64,000 nucleotides of DNA from a virus. This document shows positions 47,919-58,337 of this stretch, in pieces. Where the stretch lies: positions 1 through 64,000 of the IMG/VR virus record IMGVR_UViG_3300009183_000050; one strand, 5' to 3'. Position numbers and translations under genes: made by a program. Within the stretch, counting starts at the first letter, position 1; every line of letters begins with the position of its first letter. Below the pieces are notes generated by a model. It worked only from the letters and a program-made list of their open reading frames with translations. It searched no databases and was not told where the DNA came from.

Positions 47919-48466
47919 TGTCCACGATCAGAACACAATTTGTAGGTCCTCTAACAGGTAACACAACACCGATTGGTGCTGTTTCTCCGACATTGATGGA
48001 TGCACAGGCATCTACTAGTGGAACAGCTATCAACTTTACAAGCGTCATTCCTACTTGGGCAAAACGAGTTACAATAGCGTTTAACGGTGTATCCACAAGT
48101 AGCACAAATAATCTTATTGTTCAATTAGGCGTAGCTGGCACCTATGTAATTACAGGTTATTCCGCACAAACCACTGGTATTGCAAGTTCAGTTGGGGCAA
48201 CATCTTCTTCAACCGTTGGCTTTCCCATTTATCACAATGTCGCAACATACGCTTGGTCTGGCGTTATTACATTGCAAAATGTTTCTAGTAACATTTGGGT
48301 AGCATCAGGTATTCTTGGTAACGCGACTACCACTCCACTTTCTGCAATGACCTCTGGGGTTATATCATTAGCGGGTGCTTTGGATAGTGTCCGTGTAATT
48401 GCTAGCGCAACAGGATCGCCATCAGATACTTTTGATGCCGGCTCTATCTCTGTAATGTATGAATAA
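47918..48466 (+). CDS. small fibre protein
   Basis: STSGTAINFT.IP.WAKRVT..GVST, DTFDAGSI.VMYE. Confidence 0.7.
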   Translation: MSTIRTQFVGPLTGNTTPIGAVSPTLMDAQASTSGTAINFTSVIPTWAKRVTIAFNGVSTSSTNNLIVQLGVAGTYVITGYSAQTTGIASSVGATSSSTVGFPIYHNVATYAWSGVITLQNVSSNIWVASGILGNATTTPLSAMTSGVISLAGALDSVRVIASATGSPSDTFDAGSISVMYE

Positions 48467-48480
48467 AAAGGGTATATATT

Positions 48481-48969
48481 ATGAATCTACTAGATAGATT
48501 AATGTGGGCTTCTGAGAACCTAGAACCAGTTCAGACAAAGTATAGGATCGTCTATGAAGATCCATCTTTCCCTGATGAAGTCGCTAAGGTTGTTGTAGCA
48601 TCTGGTGAATGGTTAGCATGTGCTTTGCATGGCGGACTACTCCCACCAGTCGAGTCATATCATAACATGACTCTTGAATTGGTCACAGATACAGGTGAGA
48701 AGATCGTCTGCAATTACTTAGAAGCACAGCAACATCGACTAGATCATAAGATTGTTGGTGAGAGAGTTCTTAATGACCCCTGCAATACAGATGAACCATT
48801 GGGACCTATGACTGAAGAAGAAGCGATTGAGTATCTTCTGATGAAAGATGTTCCAACCAGAGTATGGTCATCTGATTATAAATACAATAGAACGTTGTTT
48901 AAGATTTGCACAATAGAACAACTACCACAGACAAGAAATTATCGGAACGCTTGGAAGCTGGCGGCATAA
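48481..48969 (+). CDS. conserved phage protein associated with fibre genes
   Basis: GPMTEEEAIEYL.MKDVP..VW; RNAWK. Confidence 0.7.
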   Translation: MNLLDRLMWASENLEPVQTKYRIVYEDPSFPDEVAKVVVASGEWLACALHGGLLPPVESYHNMTLELVTDTGEKIVCNYLEAQQHRLDHKIVGERVLNDPCNTDEPLGPMTEEEAIEYLLMKDVPTRVWSSDYKYNRTLFKICTIEQLPQTRNYRNAWKLAA

Positions 48970-49021
48970 TGCATATAAGTTGGCTGCCAAAACTTATCAT
49001 GGTGAATATGCAAGTTTTTAA
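48965..49021 (+). pseudogene. remnant of the AP2-domain C-terminus of an HNH-AP2 homing endonuclease
   Basis: Intergenic DNA reads HNAYKLAAKTYHGEYASF* with no start codon. Confidence 0.55.
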
Positions 49022-49048
49022 AAGCATACAGATTAAGGATAAAAGAAC

Positions 49049-49399
49049 ATGACTACCTACATTCAGGTAAACGGGCAAACGGTAGACGCATCAGCGGTTA
49101 CAGTCCCAGCAAATAGAAAATTCAGAGATGCTTGGACCTTGTCAGGTGATGTTATCTCTATTGATGTTGATAAAGCAAAAGACATTTGGAAAGACAAGAT
49201 GAGAGCGGCTAGAGCCGAAAGACTCGTTGCTCTCGATGCACAGTTCTTCCTTGCTCTCGAAAATAGTGATGATGTAAAGAAGGCTGAGATTACAACTAAG
49301 AAACAACTTCTTAGAAACGTAACAGAATTGCCTGAGCTTCTTAATGCAACGACAGTGGAAGAAATCGAAGCCGTTTGGCCATCATACCTGAACGCATAA
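49049..49399 (+). CDS. tail fibre assembly chaperone-like protein
   Basis: FRDAW..IDVDKAK..R.AR...LD..F..KQLLR..W P. Confidence 0.7.
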   Translation: MTTYIQVNGQTVDASAVTVPANRKFRDAWTLSGDVISIDVDKAKDIWKDKMRAARAERLVALDAQFFLALENSDDVKKAEITTKKQLLRNVTELPELLNATTVEEIEAVWPSYLNA

Positions 49400-49409
49400 G
49401 GATCAGTCA

Positions 49410-51104
49410 ATGTCAACCCTAAGCGTTAATAAGATTACCGATCTTACAGACTTCACATTCCCACCTACGACGACACTTAGTTTGGTCGGTTTTAATGCCA
49501 GTGGTACCATTAACACGGCTAATTTAAATATCACAAGTACCAGTGGTCGTATCACTGGTGACTTCGGTAATGCGACAAATGCTAACCGTGTTATATTCCA
49601 AAATAGCACGGTTAATGGTGGTTCGCGTGTCAGCGTTATGCCAAATGGCACAGCATCAAGCTCAGGTTTTGAGGCATACAGCGGGCCAAGCACCGATCCT
49701 AATAATGCTTCTATTGCCGTAATGGCGGCGCAAGGAACAACAGATGCTCGTTTTTCGTCAACTATTTCTGGCACAGGCACATATCTGCCTATGACCTTCT
49801 ACACTGGCGGGTCAGAGCGTGTGCGTATTGACACCAGCGGCAACGTGGGAATTGGCACCCTCTCTCCAACCTATGCCTTAGATGTCTATAGATCAGCGGC
49901 CGCTGTTAAACGCATTTATTCTGACACATCGGCAACTTCAATTATTGCAAACTATTCCACCGATACCGTTGGTGGGATAGCGGCATTTTATAAATACCGG
50001 GGTACTAATGCAGCACCAACAACGGTTGTAAACGGAGATATTGCAAGTCGGGTTGTATCTTATGGATACGATGGAACATCGCTTGGGCAAGTTGCTGAAA
50101 TTCGGTCAAACTTAGATGCTACGGTTGGCACTGGTAGCACTGCTGGACGGTTAACATTTTACACCACATCAAGTGGATCTAACACTGTTACTGAGCGTAT
50201 GCGCATTGATTCCAGCGGTAATATGGGTATTGGAATGACTCCATCTCTTCCTCTAGATATTACGGCGACAACGGGAAATATACGTTTAACCTCTTCAACA
50301 GGCACAAATTACGCTCAATTACAAACCATCAACGGAAGTGGTACGGCTCGTTTTGGCGTAGAGGGTTCTGGTGGAGGTAGTATTACTGCAAATTCTACTG
50401 CGTATTCCGCTGTAGTAAACCAAGCAGGCGCATATAGTTTGCACTTTGGTACAAATAATACTGTTCGTGCAACCATCGACTCCAGCGGTAATATGGGTAT
50501 TGGAACAAATTCGTTAGGTGCAGGATACAGAGTTTCGATTGTTGGTTCTGCCGCATCATCTGTACCGCTTTATCTGCATTCTGATGCAACTAATGGATAT
50601 GTGTATTCTCCAAATCCTCTAGTTATTGGATCTACTGGTGCATATACACTTAGTTTAGTAACTAATAATACCACAAAATTCTTAATTGGTTCCGCAGGCC
50701 AGCTAGGTATTGGTGGCGCAACATATGGTACATCAGGTCAGGTTCTAACCTCTGGTGGTGCAAGTGCCGCTCCTACATGGTCAACCGTTTCTGCCGGATC
50801 AAGTGCAAAAGCATGGGCGCGTTGGGATGGTGCAAGTGGAACCAGAACATCATCTTATAACGTAAGTTCGATCACACGAAGTAGTGCCGGTCAGTATATT
50901 GTAAACTTCACCACGGCGATGGCAGATGCTAACTATGCTCCAATTATGTCATGTGCGGGCGATTCCACTGTGTATAATGGGTATGGAGTTTTTCCAGGTA
51001 TGACTTCTGCTCCAACCACTACTAGCTTTGCTATGTGGACTAAATCTTATAATGGGACGGCTACTGATCCCGCCAGTGTTCAAATTGCAGTATTTGGGAA
51101 TTAA
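49410..51104 (+). CDS. tail fibre protein
   Basis: Repeated ERMRIDSSGN(M/V)GIG units, GTSGQVLTS, C-terminal AKAW domain. Confidence 0.85.
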   Translation: MSTLSVNKITDLTDFTFPPTTTLSLVGFNASGTINTANLNITSTSGRITGDFGNATNANRVIFQNSTVNGGSRVSVMPNGTASSSGFEAYSGPSTDPNNASIAVMAAQGTTDARFSSTISGTGTYLPMTFYTGGSERVRIDTSGNVGIGTLSPTYALDVYRSAAAVKRIYSDTSATSIIANYSTDTVGGIAAFYKYRGTNAAPTTVVNGDIASRVVSYGYDGTSLGQVAEIRSNLDATVGTGSTAGRLTFYTTSSGSNTVTERMRIDSSGNMGIGMTPSLPLDITATTGNIRLTSSTGTNYAQLQTINGSGTARFGVEGSGGGSITANSTAYSAVVNQAGAYSLHFGTNNTVRATIDSSGNMGIGTNSLGAGYRVSIVGSAASSVPLYLHSDATNGYVYSPNPLVIGSTGAYTLSLVTNNTTKFLIGSAGQLGIGGATYGTSGQVLTSGGASAAPTWSTVSAGSSAKAWARWDGASGTRTSSYNVSSITRSSAGQYIVNFTTAMADANYAPIMSCAGDSTVYNGYGVFPGMTSAPTTTSFAMWTKSYNGTATDPASVQIAVFGN

Positions 51105-51107
51105 AAC

Positions 51108-51500
51108 ATGACACAAGTTATTATATACACCAATGAAAATGGCAATGTCTCGGTTTGCTATCCGACCGGCGAGTTACCGATTGAAGATGTATTGACAAAA
51201 GATTGCCCAGAAGACGCGATCATTATCGATGCCGACACTTTGCCACAGAGCGATAATGATTTCTTCGATGCTTGGCGACTAATCAATGGTGTAGTTGTTG
51301 TTGATCTTGAGGCGGCAAAAAATATACTGTTTGATAAGTTGAATGCACTTGCAAAAATGACGGTTGATCAACGCAACATGAATAAGGCCATCGGTATAGA
51401 AAACGTAGTGTCCGATGCTGACTTTATCGCCAGCCTGACCGCTAAACGCGCCGCTATTGCGGATGCTACATCGACTGCCGAACTTCGCACTATACTATAA
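51108..51500 (+). CDS. tail fibre chaperone-like protein
   Basis: IIYTNENG.VSVC.P..KD.P..DFFDAW. Confidence 0.7.
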   Translation: MTQVIIYTNENGNVSVCYPTGELPIEDVLTKDCPEDAIIIDADTLPQSDNDFFDAWRLINGVVVVDLEAAKNILFDKLNALAKMTVDQRNMNKAIGIENVVSDADFIASLTAKRAAIADATSTAELRTIL

Positions 51501-51503
51501 ATA
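51496..51503 (+). promoter_or_regulatory. late promoter TATAAATA
   Basis: Exact consensus. Confidence 0.7.
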
Positions 51504-51523
51504 TATAAAAATCAGGTAATCTA

Positions 51524-51862
51524 ATGGCATCATATGTAGAACTTTATGTAGATCAAGGCACAAACTTCAAGAACGTCATCTATATTACAGATGACTTGAC
51601 GAACGCCTATGTCAATATCTCTGGTTATGTCATAAAGAGTCAAATTCGCCGTTCATATTACTCAGCAAATACTTCAGCCAATATTAATTGCCAGATTACC
51701 GATGCCGCTAACGGAGAGATCACTCTAACACTAGCACCAGGCGTCACATCAAACATCAGAGCTGGTCGATATCTATTCGACGTTACTGCAACAGATTCAA
51801 ATCAATTTTCTTCTAGGATACTTGAAGGTCTCATAACACTTACGCCAAGGGTTACAGTATAA
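51524..51862 (+). CDS. conserved virion structural protein
   Basis: VDQGTNF, SQIRRSY, GRYLFDV, RILEG. Confidence 0.75.
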   Translation: MASYVELYVDQGTNFKNVIYITDDLTNAYVNISGYVIKSQIRRSYYSANTSANINCQITDAANGEITLTLAPGVTSNIRAGRYLFDVTATDSNQFSSRILEGLITLTPRVTV

Positions 51863-52183
51863 ATGAGAATAGTCTTAGGTTCTGAAGCAAATAGACTACA
51901 GATTAGAACTGTTACAACCAGACCTGAAACTCCGGTTACATATCTCTATGGTCTGTATGATGTTGACTTTGATAGATTTGCATTATCTAACGGGCAAATA
52001 CTCATATATAATACAGAGAGTGAAAAGTGGAATGCGGTTGACAGATTTGTGGCAGCCAGTTTACCACCAGATGAACCGCACTATGGTGATATATGGTATT
52101 ATACCGTAGAAAACAAACTGCTCATGTGGGTTACAGATGGTGTTGGTGAGTTCTGGTTTGACTTTTTACCTCCCATAGAATAA
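51863..52183 (+). CDS. hypothetical structural protein
   Basis: L.DVD...NGQIL.YN...KW and GDIWY fibre motifs. Confidence 0.65.
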   Translation: MRIVLGSEANRLQIRTVTTRPETPVTYLYGLYDVDFDRFALSNGQILIYNTESEKWNAVDRFVAASLPPDEPHYGDIWYYTVENKLLMWVTDGVGEFWFDFLPPIE

Positions 52184-52196
52184 GAGTGCGTATTAA

Positions 52197-55100
52197 ATGG
52201 CTTTTCCTTCCCCCGCGACAAACGGTCAAAGATATGATGACGGTAAATATATTTACCAATACAATTCTACGCTCAAAAGTTGGTCAAAAGTAACCGCTTC
52301 AAATCCTACACCTCTAGGAAACACAACAAACGTTGTCTTTGCGTCTACGAATGCTGTTTTTGCGGCAGCCAATACAACAGCTAACACTCTAAACACAACT
52401 TCTAATACTGTAAACTCAGTATATCGTACCGCTAACAATACGGCTAACACTCTCAATACAGCCTTCAATGCGGTCAATTCTTCTTTCAGTGCCGCCAACA
52501 GTGCGGCTAACACCGCTAACGCCGCCTACAATACAACAAATTCAGTATACACACTAGCAAATACGGTGAATGCGGCGGCTATCAATGCTTCTAGAACCGC
52601 AAACCTTTCTTATGGTGCGGCTAATGCCGCTACAACTCTAGCCACAAACGCTGCTAACGCCGCATCAGCCGCATATACCACATCAAACCTATCCTATGCA
52701 GCCGCCAATACAGCGGCTGCTCTAGGTCGTGATGCGGCCAATGTTGCGGCGGCAGCTTTTACCAGCACAAATCTTGCAATTTCATCCGCCAGTTCAGCCG
52801 GCAATACCGCGGTCTCAGCCTTTGCGGCAACCAATGCATCTTTTAGCACAGCGAATACCGCTAGTGCTACGGCCGCAGCCGCTTTTGGTGTTACAAACGC
52901 ATCATACACAGCAGCCAATACAGCGGCCGCTGTTGGTCGTGATGCGGCTAATGTGGCCTCAGCGGCATATACTACAACAAATCTATCATATGCGGCCGCC
53001 AATACAGCGGCAGCCGTTGGTCGTGATGCCGCAAATACGGCTGGTCTAGCCTATGGTGGTGCTAACTCTGCTTATAGTGCCGCCAATACATCTGCAAACA
53101 TAGCCGTTGCATCATATAATACTTCAAACTTAGCATTCAATAAAGCTAATGCGGCTAATGTTCTAGCTAATGCTGCATATGCGGCCGCTAATACTAAACT
53201 ATCACTGACAGGCGGCACGGTTACAGGTGATGTTAATATCATCGGCAGTTTATTTCTTTATGGCAATACATTTGTGGCCGATGTTACAACACTTCGTGTC
53301 GATGATCCTCTCATCTATCTTGCAGGTAATAATTACTCAGCCGATATTGTTGATATCGGTTTTATCGCAAACTATGTCAATGCGAATAGCGTAAACGTCC
53401 ATACAGGTCTTGTCAGATATCATACCAACAAAGAATATTATCTATTTCAAGAATATCCTACTGAACCATTAAACAATCAGGTTGATGTTACAGCCAACGG
53501 CTTTACACTAGCCGTTCTTAATGCTGATATTATCACTAGCAACTTGACACTTGCGGGGTATAACGCCGCCGCAAAGATTGCATCTATTGAGCAATCAGCA
53601 GGTTCGGGTACCGCCTCTATCATCTTTAGCAATATTACACCTAGCGTACCTGATTCTCAGCAGCCTTGGTTCAATCCGGTAGCGAATGTATTATACGTTT
53701 ACAATAGTTCTAATAACATAAACACATATGTTGCTGTCTCTGGTGCTACAGGTGCCACAGGACCTGGAGGTGGTGCAACTGGCGCCACTGGTATCGCAGG
53801 ACCTTCTGGTGCTACTGGACCTGACGGTAAAGGTGGTGTTCCATCATATAGACAAGTTTTCACTGGTGCAGGTACCGATACATATGGTCCTTTGATCAGA
53901 ACTGCCAACTCACCTAATAATATCATCGTATCGGTTAGTGGTTCTGTAAAATTACCATTTAATGATTATAACTTAGCGACTGTAGCAAATAATCAATACA
54001 TTCTCTTCAGCGGTCCTGTAGCAAGTGGCCAGATTCAGGTTATGTATTTTGATGGTGCCGCAGCCGGTCCTGCAGGTTCAACTGGGCCAATCGGTCCAAC
54101 AGGGCTAAGAGGCCTGCAAGGCATACAAGGTATTACAGGATCTCAAGGTCCTTCTGGGCCATCTGGTGCAACTGGTCCCGCAGGCGGCCCATCAGGAGCA
54201 ACTGGTTCTACAGGACCAGCAGGAACTCCGGGTGCAACCGGTCCTGCTGGCGGACCTACTGGTTCTACAGGCGCAACAGGCTTACTTGGCTCTACTGGTT
54301 CAACAGGACCTCAAGGCACAACAGGCATCATGGGTGCAACCGGTCCCGCAGGCGGACCAACAGGAGCAACCGGCGTAACAGGACCAGCAGGTCCATCAGG
54401 AGCAACTGGTCCCGCTGGTGGTCCCACTGGTGCAACAGGAGCATCCGGTGCTACGGGTTCTCTCGGTCCATCTGGACCGCTAGGTCTTAGCGGCGGAACA
54501 GGACCTCAAGGTCCTTCTGGACCTACCGGTGCCACTGGTGCGACCGGAATACAAGGCACAACAGGTGCTACTGGCGCCACAGGTGCTAACGGCGCCACAG
54601 GTGCTACCGGTGCAACCGGTGCAACTGGTCTACAAGGTACCACCGGTGCAACTGGTGCCAATTCTATAGTTCCAGGTCCTACTGGTGCAACAGGCATTCA
54701 AGGCACAACAGGACCGCAAGGTGTAATAGGTGCCAGTGGTGCAACTGGCCCCGCTGGCGGTCCTACTGGCGCAACAGGTATAACTGGTTCTACAGGTATT
54801 CAAGGTGCGACCGGCGCAACCGGTCTACAAGGAACAACAGGTGCTACTGGTGCAGCCTCAACGATTGCTGGTCCAACAGGTATAACAGGGCCCACAGGTA
54901 TAACCGGCTTAACAGGCCCAACAGGCCCAACTGGCGCAACAGGTGCTGCCGGTCAATCGATTCAAATTACAGGTGTTGTTGCTAATCAGGCCTCGCTTCC
55001 ATCAGCCGCTGGTGTTCCTAACTTTGCTGGTTATCTAACGGCAGATACAGGCAATCTATATGTTTCAAATGGTACAACATCAGGCGGTAGTGTTGGTAAT

Positions 55101-56066
55101 GGCTGGACTAATCTTGGTGTAGTTCGTGGTCCAACTGGACCAACAGGTATTCAAGGTACAACGGGCCCTCAGGGAACAACAGGTGCTACAGGTGCCGGCG
55201 GTGTTCCAATCGGTAGAAACTCATGGGGCTATCCAGACGTTGATGGTACGGTGAATCAGTTCATATTGACACCACCAGCAGGCATTGTAAGCCCAACTGA
55301 TGTTTCAGTTATTGTATATGTAAACGGTCTAGTTATACCTCCAACAGGCATCTTGGTCGATTCAGTAAACTATAGCAACTCATACTCAATTATTGCCGGA
55401 TATCTTGTATTCACATATCCACCTTCAGCAGGTTCATATGTTGAACTTGTCTGGTTCAGTGGAGGTCCTGCTGGTGCGACTGGTGCTGTAGGACCAACAG
55501 GCATACAAGGAACAACTGGACCTCAAGGTGTCCAAGGTGCTACAGGTTCTCTTGGTGCATCTGGTGCAACAGGACCACAAGGAACAACTGGACCTCAAGG
55601 TTCTACAGGACCTCAAGGTGCAACTGGTATAGGCGCAACTGGCGCAACCGGTCCTCTAGGTCCTACAGGTGCTACAGGACCTCTTGCTTGGTCATACGCA
55701 TATGTCACATTCAGACAAACAGGTACAATTACTACAACTCCAATTCCTGCGGTAGTAAGATGGTATCCTATTCAAAATGTATGGATCGATATGGTCGACG
55801 CCTATTCATCAACACCAGCCGGCGGCAATACAGGTCTCTCATTTAAGCTATATAAATATACAGCATCAAGTAATGCATATGCAGATTTACCAACAGGCAC
55901 AGGTAGTAATTTGATCACCATTTCAACTGGTTCGAACAGATCAACGCCAATTACTCTTAGCGGTAATGGAATCTATACAACAGCTAACGACTACTTACAG
56001 TTCTCGATTGAATCTGGTACAGGATCAGATGTTGGGCTAAGAGTCAGATATCATATAACAGGATAA
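52197..56066 (+). CDS. collagen-like long fibre protein with Ala/Asn-rich coiled-coil N-terminus
   Basis: AANTA repeats, then long Gly-X-Y (GAT/GPT/GST) tracts. Confidence 0.88.
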   Translation: MAFPSPATNGQRYDDGKYIYQYNSTLKSWSKVTASNPTPLGNTTNVVFASTNAVFAAANTTANTLNTTSNTVNSVYRTANNTANTLNTAFNAVNSSFSAANSAANTANAAYNTTNSVYTLANTVNAAAINASRTANLSYGAANAATTLATNAANAASAAYTTSNLSYAAANTAAALGRDAANVAAAAFTSTNLAISSASSAGNTAVSAFAATNASFSTANTASATAAAAFGVTNASYTAANTAAAVGRDAANVASAAYTTTNLSYAAANTAAAVGRDAANTAGLAYGGANSAYSAANTSANIAVASYNTSNLAFNKANAANVLANAAYAAANTKLSLTGGTVTGDVNIIGSLFLYGNTFVADVTTLRVDDPLIYLAGNNYSADIVDIGFIANYVNANSVNVHTGLVRYHTNKEYYLFQEYPTEPLNNQVDVTANGFTLAVLNADIITSNLTLAGYNAAAKIASIEQSAGSGTASIIFSNITPSVPDSQQPWFNPVANVLYVYNSSNNINTYVAVSGATGATGPGGGATGATGIAGPSGATGPDGKGGVPSYRQVFTGAGTDTYGPLIRTANSPNNIIVSVSGSVKLPFNDYNLATVANNQYILFSGPVASGQIQVMYFDGAAAGPAGSTGPIGPTGLRGLQGIQGITGSQGPSGPSGATGPAGGPSGATGSTGPAGTPGATGPAGGPTGSTGATGLLGSTGSTGPQGTTGIMGATGPAGGPTGATGVTGPAGPSGATGPAGGPTGATGASGATGSLGPSGPLGLSGGTGPQGPSGPTGATGATGIQGTTGATGATGANGATGATGATGATGLQGTTGATGANSIVPGPTGATGIQGTTGPQGVIGASGATGPAGGPTGATGITGSTGIQGATGATGLQGTTGATGAASTIAGPTGITGPTGITGLTGPTGPTGATGAAGQSIQITGVVANQASLPSAAGVPNFAGYLTADTGNLYVSNGTTSGGSVGNGWTNLGVVRGPTGPTGIQGTTGPQGTTGATGAGGVPIGRNSWGYPDVDGTVNQFILTPPAGIVSPTDVSVIVYVNGLVIPPTGILVDSVNYSNSYSIIAGYLVFTYPPSAGSYVELVWFSGGPAGATGAVGPTGIQGTTGPQGVQGATGSLGASGATGPQGTTGPQGSTGPQGATGIGATGATGPLGPTGATGPLAWSYAYVTFRQTGTITTTPIPAVVRWYPIQNVWIDMVDAYSSTPAGGNTGLSFKLYKYTASSNAYADLPTGTGSNLITISTGSNRSTPITLSGNGIYTTANDYLQFSIESGTGSDVGLRVRYHITG
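52690..53050 (+). repeat. intragenic repeats encoding [16 protein letters not shown]
   Basis: Three copies of GCCAATACAGCGGC...GGTCGTGATGC. Confidence 0.75.
54060..54950 (+). repeat. main collagen Gly-X-Y repeat tract
   Basis: Near-continuous GXY triplets. Confidence 0.85.
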
Positions 56067-56081
56067 TCGGAGTTAATTTAA

Positions 56082-57566
56082 ATGGCTAGTAGAACGAATG
56101 TAAGCACAAATCTAGATTATGTATCATGGAGCGCCGGCGATAGTGGTATTGCCATTTTTGCTCAGGTTCATGCATCATTGCTCGCCCATGGTTGGACACA
56201 ATCTTCATCAACTAACGGCACTGCCGGAAATACTTTTGATCCAACATATGCATCACCAAGCGCAATCGACTATAGACGAGTGTATCAGGCAGCATTGACT
56301 ACTACAAATGCTACCACTAATCCAGCAGGTCCTTTCTACGGATCTGGTCTTACAACTAAGTATGTTATGGTCAGAATATTCAAAACTACTCCTGATGCTA
56401 CCGCAGTTTATGCATGGCAGTCACAGACCAATGTGTGGTATATTCAAATAATCCCATTCATCTCTTGGAATAGTGGAACAGATGTTGGCACCACTCAGAC
56501 TGGTGCAATTCTTACTTCTACAAATGGTTTGAATGGTATTTATGATCAATCTAATCCTAATAATGTTAATGGCCCAAGCGGCGGCGGTGGAATATTTGCA
56601 CAATATCCAAACACTTGGATCAGCACTACCGTTAGTGGTTTCTTGTACATAGCAGTTTCTGCTAAGTGGATTTGCATGTGGCCCTACTTTTTGAATAGCA
56701 CAGTATTCAATGGACCAAGAAATGGTGTTCTTTTGTATGGTGAAATTGCAGAAGATTTTGCTTCTTACACAGGTGTAGCTCCGGTATTTGTAACCACTAT
56801 GCAAAGATTGGCTTCATGTTGTGGTGGCCCTAATGACCCAACATCATATGTGAATGGTAGCCAAAGTTATGCAGCTATGCCAATGGGCCCTCAGTTTTTG
56901 ATGCCAGCTACTCCAGCCTCTACAACCGGATATACCGGAATATCTAATACTATCAGAAGTGGTTATCAGGCCATGGGGACCACAAAGGTTATGCTAGGGC
57001 ATTATGGATGGTATGGATGGGAAGGTGCAAACTGGAATCTTGACGCCAGTGGTAGCTATATCTATCAATCTTATTATAATAGTCCGCAATATTTTGGTGC
57101 ATGCCCAGTACCTATGATTACTGCTATCTATAATAATTCATATGGTTCAGGTAAGCACGGAATATCACAACAAAATGATCCTGTAGCCGGTGTATACAAC
57201 CGACAAACTTATCGTCCTTCTAGAGCAGAAGCTCTAGGGCAAAAAGCACTAAACACTACCAACCTTAAAGGTATCGAATTGATATTTGGTGGAGGTGGTT
57301 TTGGTAGTAACTACACAGGTTATGCAGCTAACCCGTATCCTATGTATTGGGTACTTGGTAGAGCATTTGGTCTTAAATGGGTTGGTCAAGTAACAGGAGC
57401 TACAACCCTTGACACCGTTTCAATGACAGTTGATGCTAATGGTTTCTATGTTAGAACTGGAGGAACTGCTACGGATCATATTCTTATAGGATTTGCACCA
57501 ATTGGTGGTCTTGTATGTGAAGCTCCGGCCACTTCTGCTGATCTATTCTTTGCGCTTCCTAAGTAA
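56082..57566 (+). CDS. hypothetical virion protein
   Basis: 494-aa G/T/Y-rich ORF with GGAG SD. Confidence 0.7.
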   Translation: MASRTNVSTNLDYVSWSAGDSGIAIFAQVHASLLAHGWTQSSSTNGTAGNTFDPTYASPSAIDYRRVYQAALTTTNATTNPAGPFYGSGLTTKYVMVRIFKTTPDATAVYAWQSQTNVWYIQIIPFISWNSGTDVGTTQTGAILTSTNGLNGIYDQSNPNNVNGPSGGGGIFAQYPNTWISTTVSGFLYIAVSAKWICMWPYFLNSTVFNGPRNGVLLYGEIAEDFASYTGVAPVFVTTMQRLASCCGGPNDPTSYVNGSQSYAAMPMGPQFLMPATPASTTGYTGISNTIRSGYQAMGTTKVMLGHYGWYGWEGANWNLDASGSYIYQSYYNSPQYFGACPVPMITAIYNNSYGSGKHGISQQNDPVAGVYNRQTYRPSRAEALGQKALNTTNLKGIELIFGGGGFGSNYTGYAANPYPMYWVLGRAFGLKWVGQVTGATTLDTVSMTVDANGFYVRTGGTATDHILIGFAPIGGLVCEAPATSADLFFALPK

Positions 57567-57584
57567 TAGAAAAGAAAAACTCAT

Positions 57585-57947
57585 ATGGCTGAGGCGAATA
57601 ATACAATAGGTTCTGGTCGAGGAGATAGTGAATCTGGATTTACTATTTCTTCCACCAACTTCTCTTCTTCATTAGGAGCGAGTAGCACGGCTGTCGCCAA
57701 TAATGAATTTATCGTTCTGGTACTAACTACTCCTCCATCTACTAGAGGAGATAGTGAATCTGGATTTATTATCTCCAATACCAACTTCTCATCTTCATTT
57801 GGTGCAAGTAGCACGGCTGTCACCAATAATGAATTTGTTATTTTCTTTTCAGGAAATGCTCCTATCGCTCGTGGTGATATAGTCGCAGTTGACTACGGCG
57901 GTCTTAAAGCAACTCAAACAACATCTTACCAATTAGTTGAAGGATAA
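57585..57947 (+). CDS. Ser/Thr-rich protein with 42-aa tandem repeats
   Basis: RGD at 126-nt spacing (57618, 57744, 57870). Confidence 0.65.
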   Translation: MAEANNTIGSGRGDSESGFTISSTNFSSSLGASSTAVANNEFIVLVLTTPPSTRGDSESGFIISNTNFSSSFGASSTAVTNNEFVIFFSGNAPIARGDIVAVDYGGLKATQTTSYQLVEG

Positions 57948-57950
57948 ACA

Positions 57951-58310
57951 ATGTCTACAAATTATGATGATCTAGCTCTGTTTCACGATCCACTTGATAT
58001 GTGGTATTTTACTGGTGTGACCAATATGGAAGCCGCATTACAATACATGTATTCCCATGCACAGGGAAGCTTTACTCATTCTGCTATCTTTACGCCTAAT
58101 GAAGATGGTGTAGGAGCAAGAGCGGATGAACAAACTGTATGGTTTATGTTTGTTGATCACGATCTTCCTACTGAATACTTCACAAAATATGAATTGACAG
58201 CGGATGGTCTGGCCACAAGAGATGCGATGAGAGCCGAAAAAGCAGCCGCTATTCAAGCTTCGATTGATGCGTTGCAGAACTTGCCGCCGATTGCAAATAC
58301 TAGTAACTGA
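57951..58310 (+). CDS. hypothetical protein
   Basis: AAGGA SD, 119 aa. Confidence 0.65.
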   Translation: MSTNYDDLALFHDPLDMWYFTGVTNMEAALQYMYSHAQGSFTHSAIFTPNEDGVGARADEQTVWFMFVDHDLPTEYFTKYELTADGLATRDAMRAEKAAAIQASIDALQNLPPIANTSN

Positions 58311-58337
58311 CATTCTGCTAACTGAAAGAATTATATT

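Noticed and set aside
50199-50505. Direct repeat TCCAGCGGTAATATGGGTATTGGAA
   Set aside because: Explained by the internal IDSSGNMGIG fibre repeat; only two copies and no array structure
52253-55616. Antisense and alternate-frame ORFs over the collagen-like gene
   Set aside because: Expected shadows of Ala- and Gly-X-Y repetitive codons
55851-55858. TATAAATA within coding sequence (also at 42210)
   Set aside because: Could be internal late promoters but cannot be told from chance matches in AT-rich coding DNA
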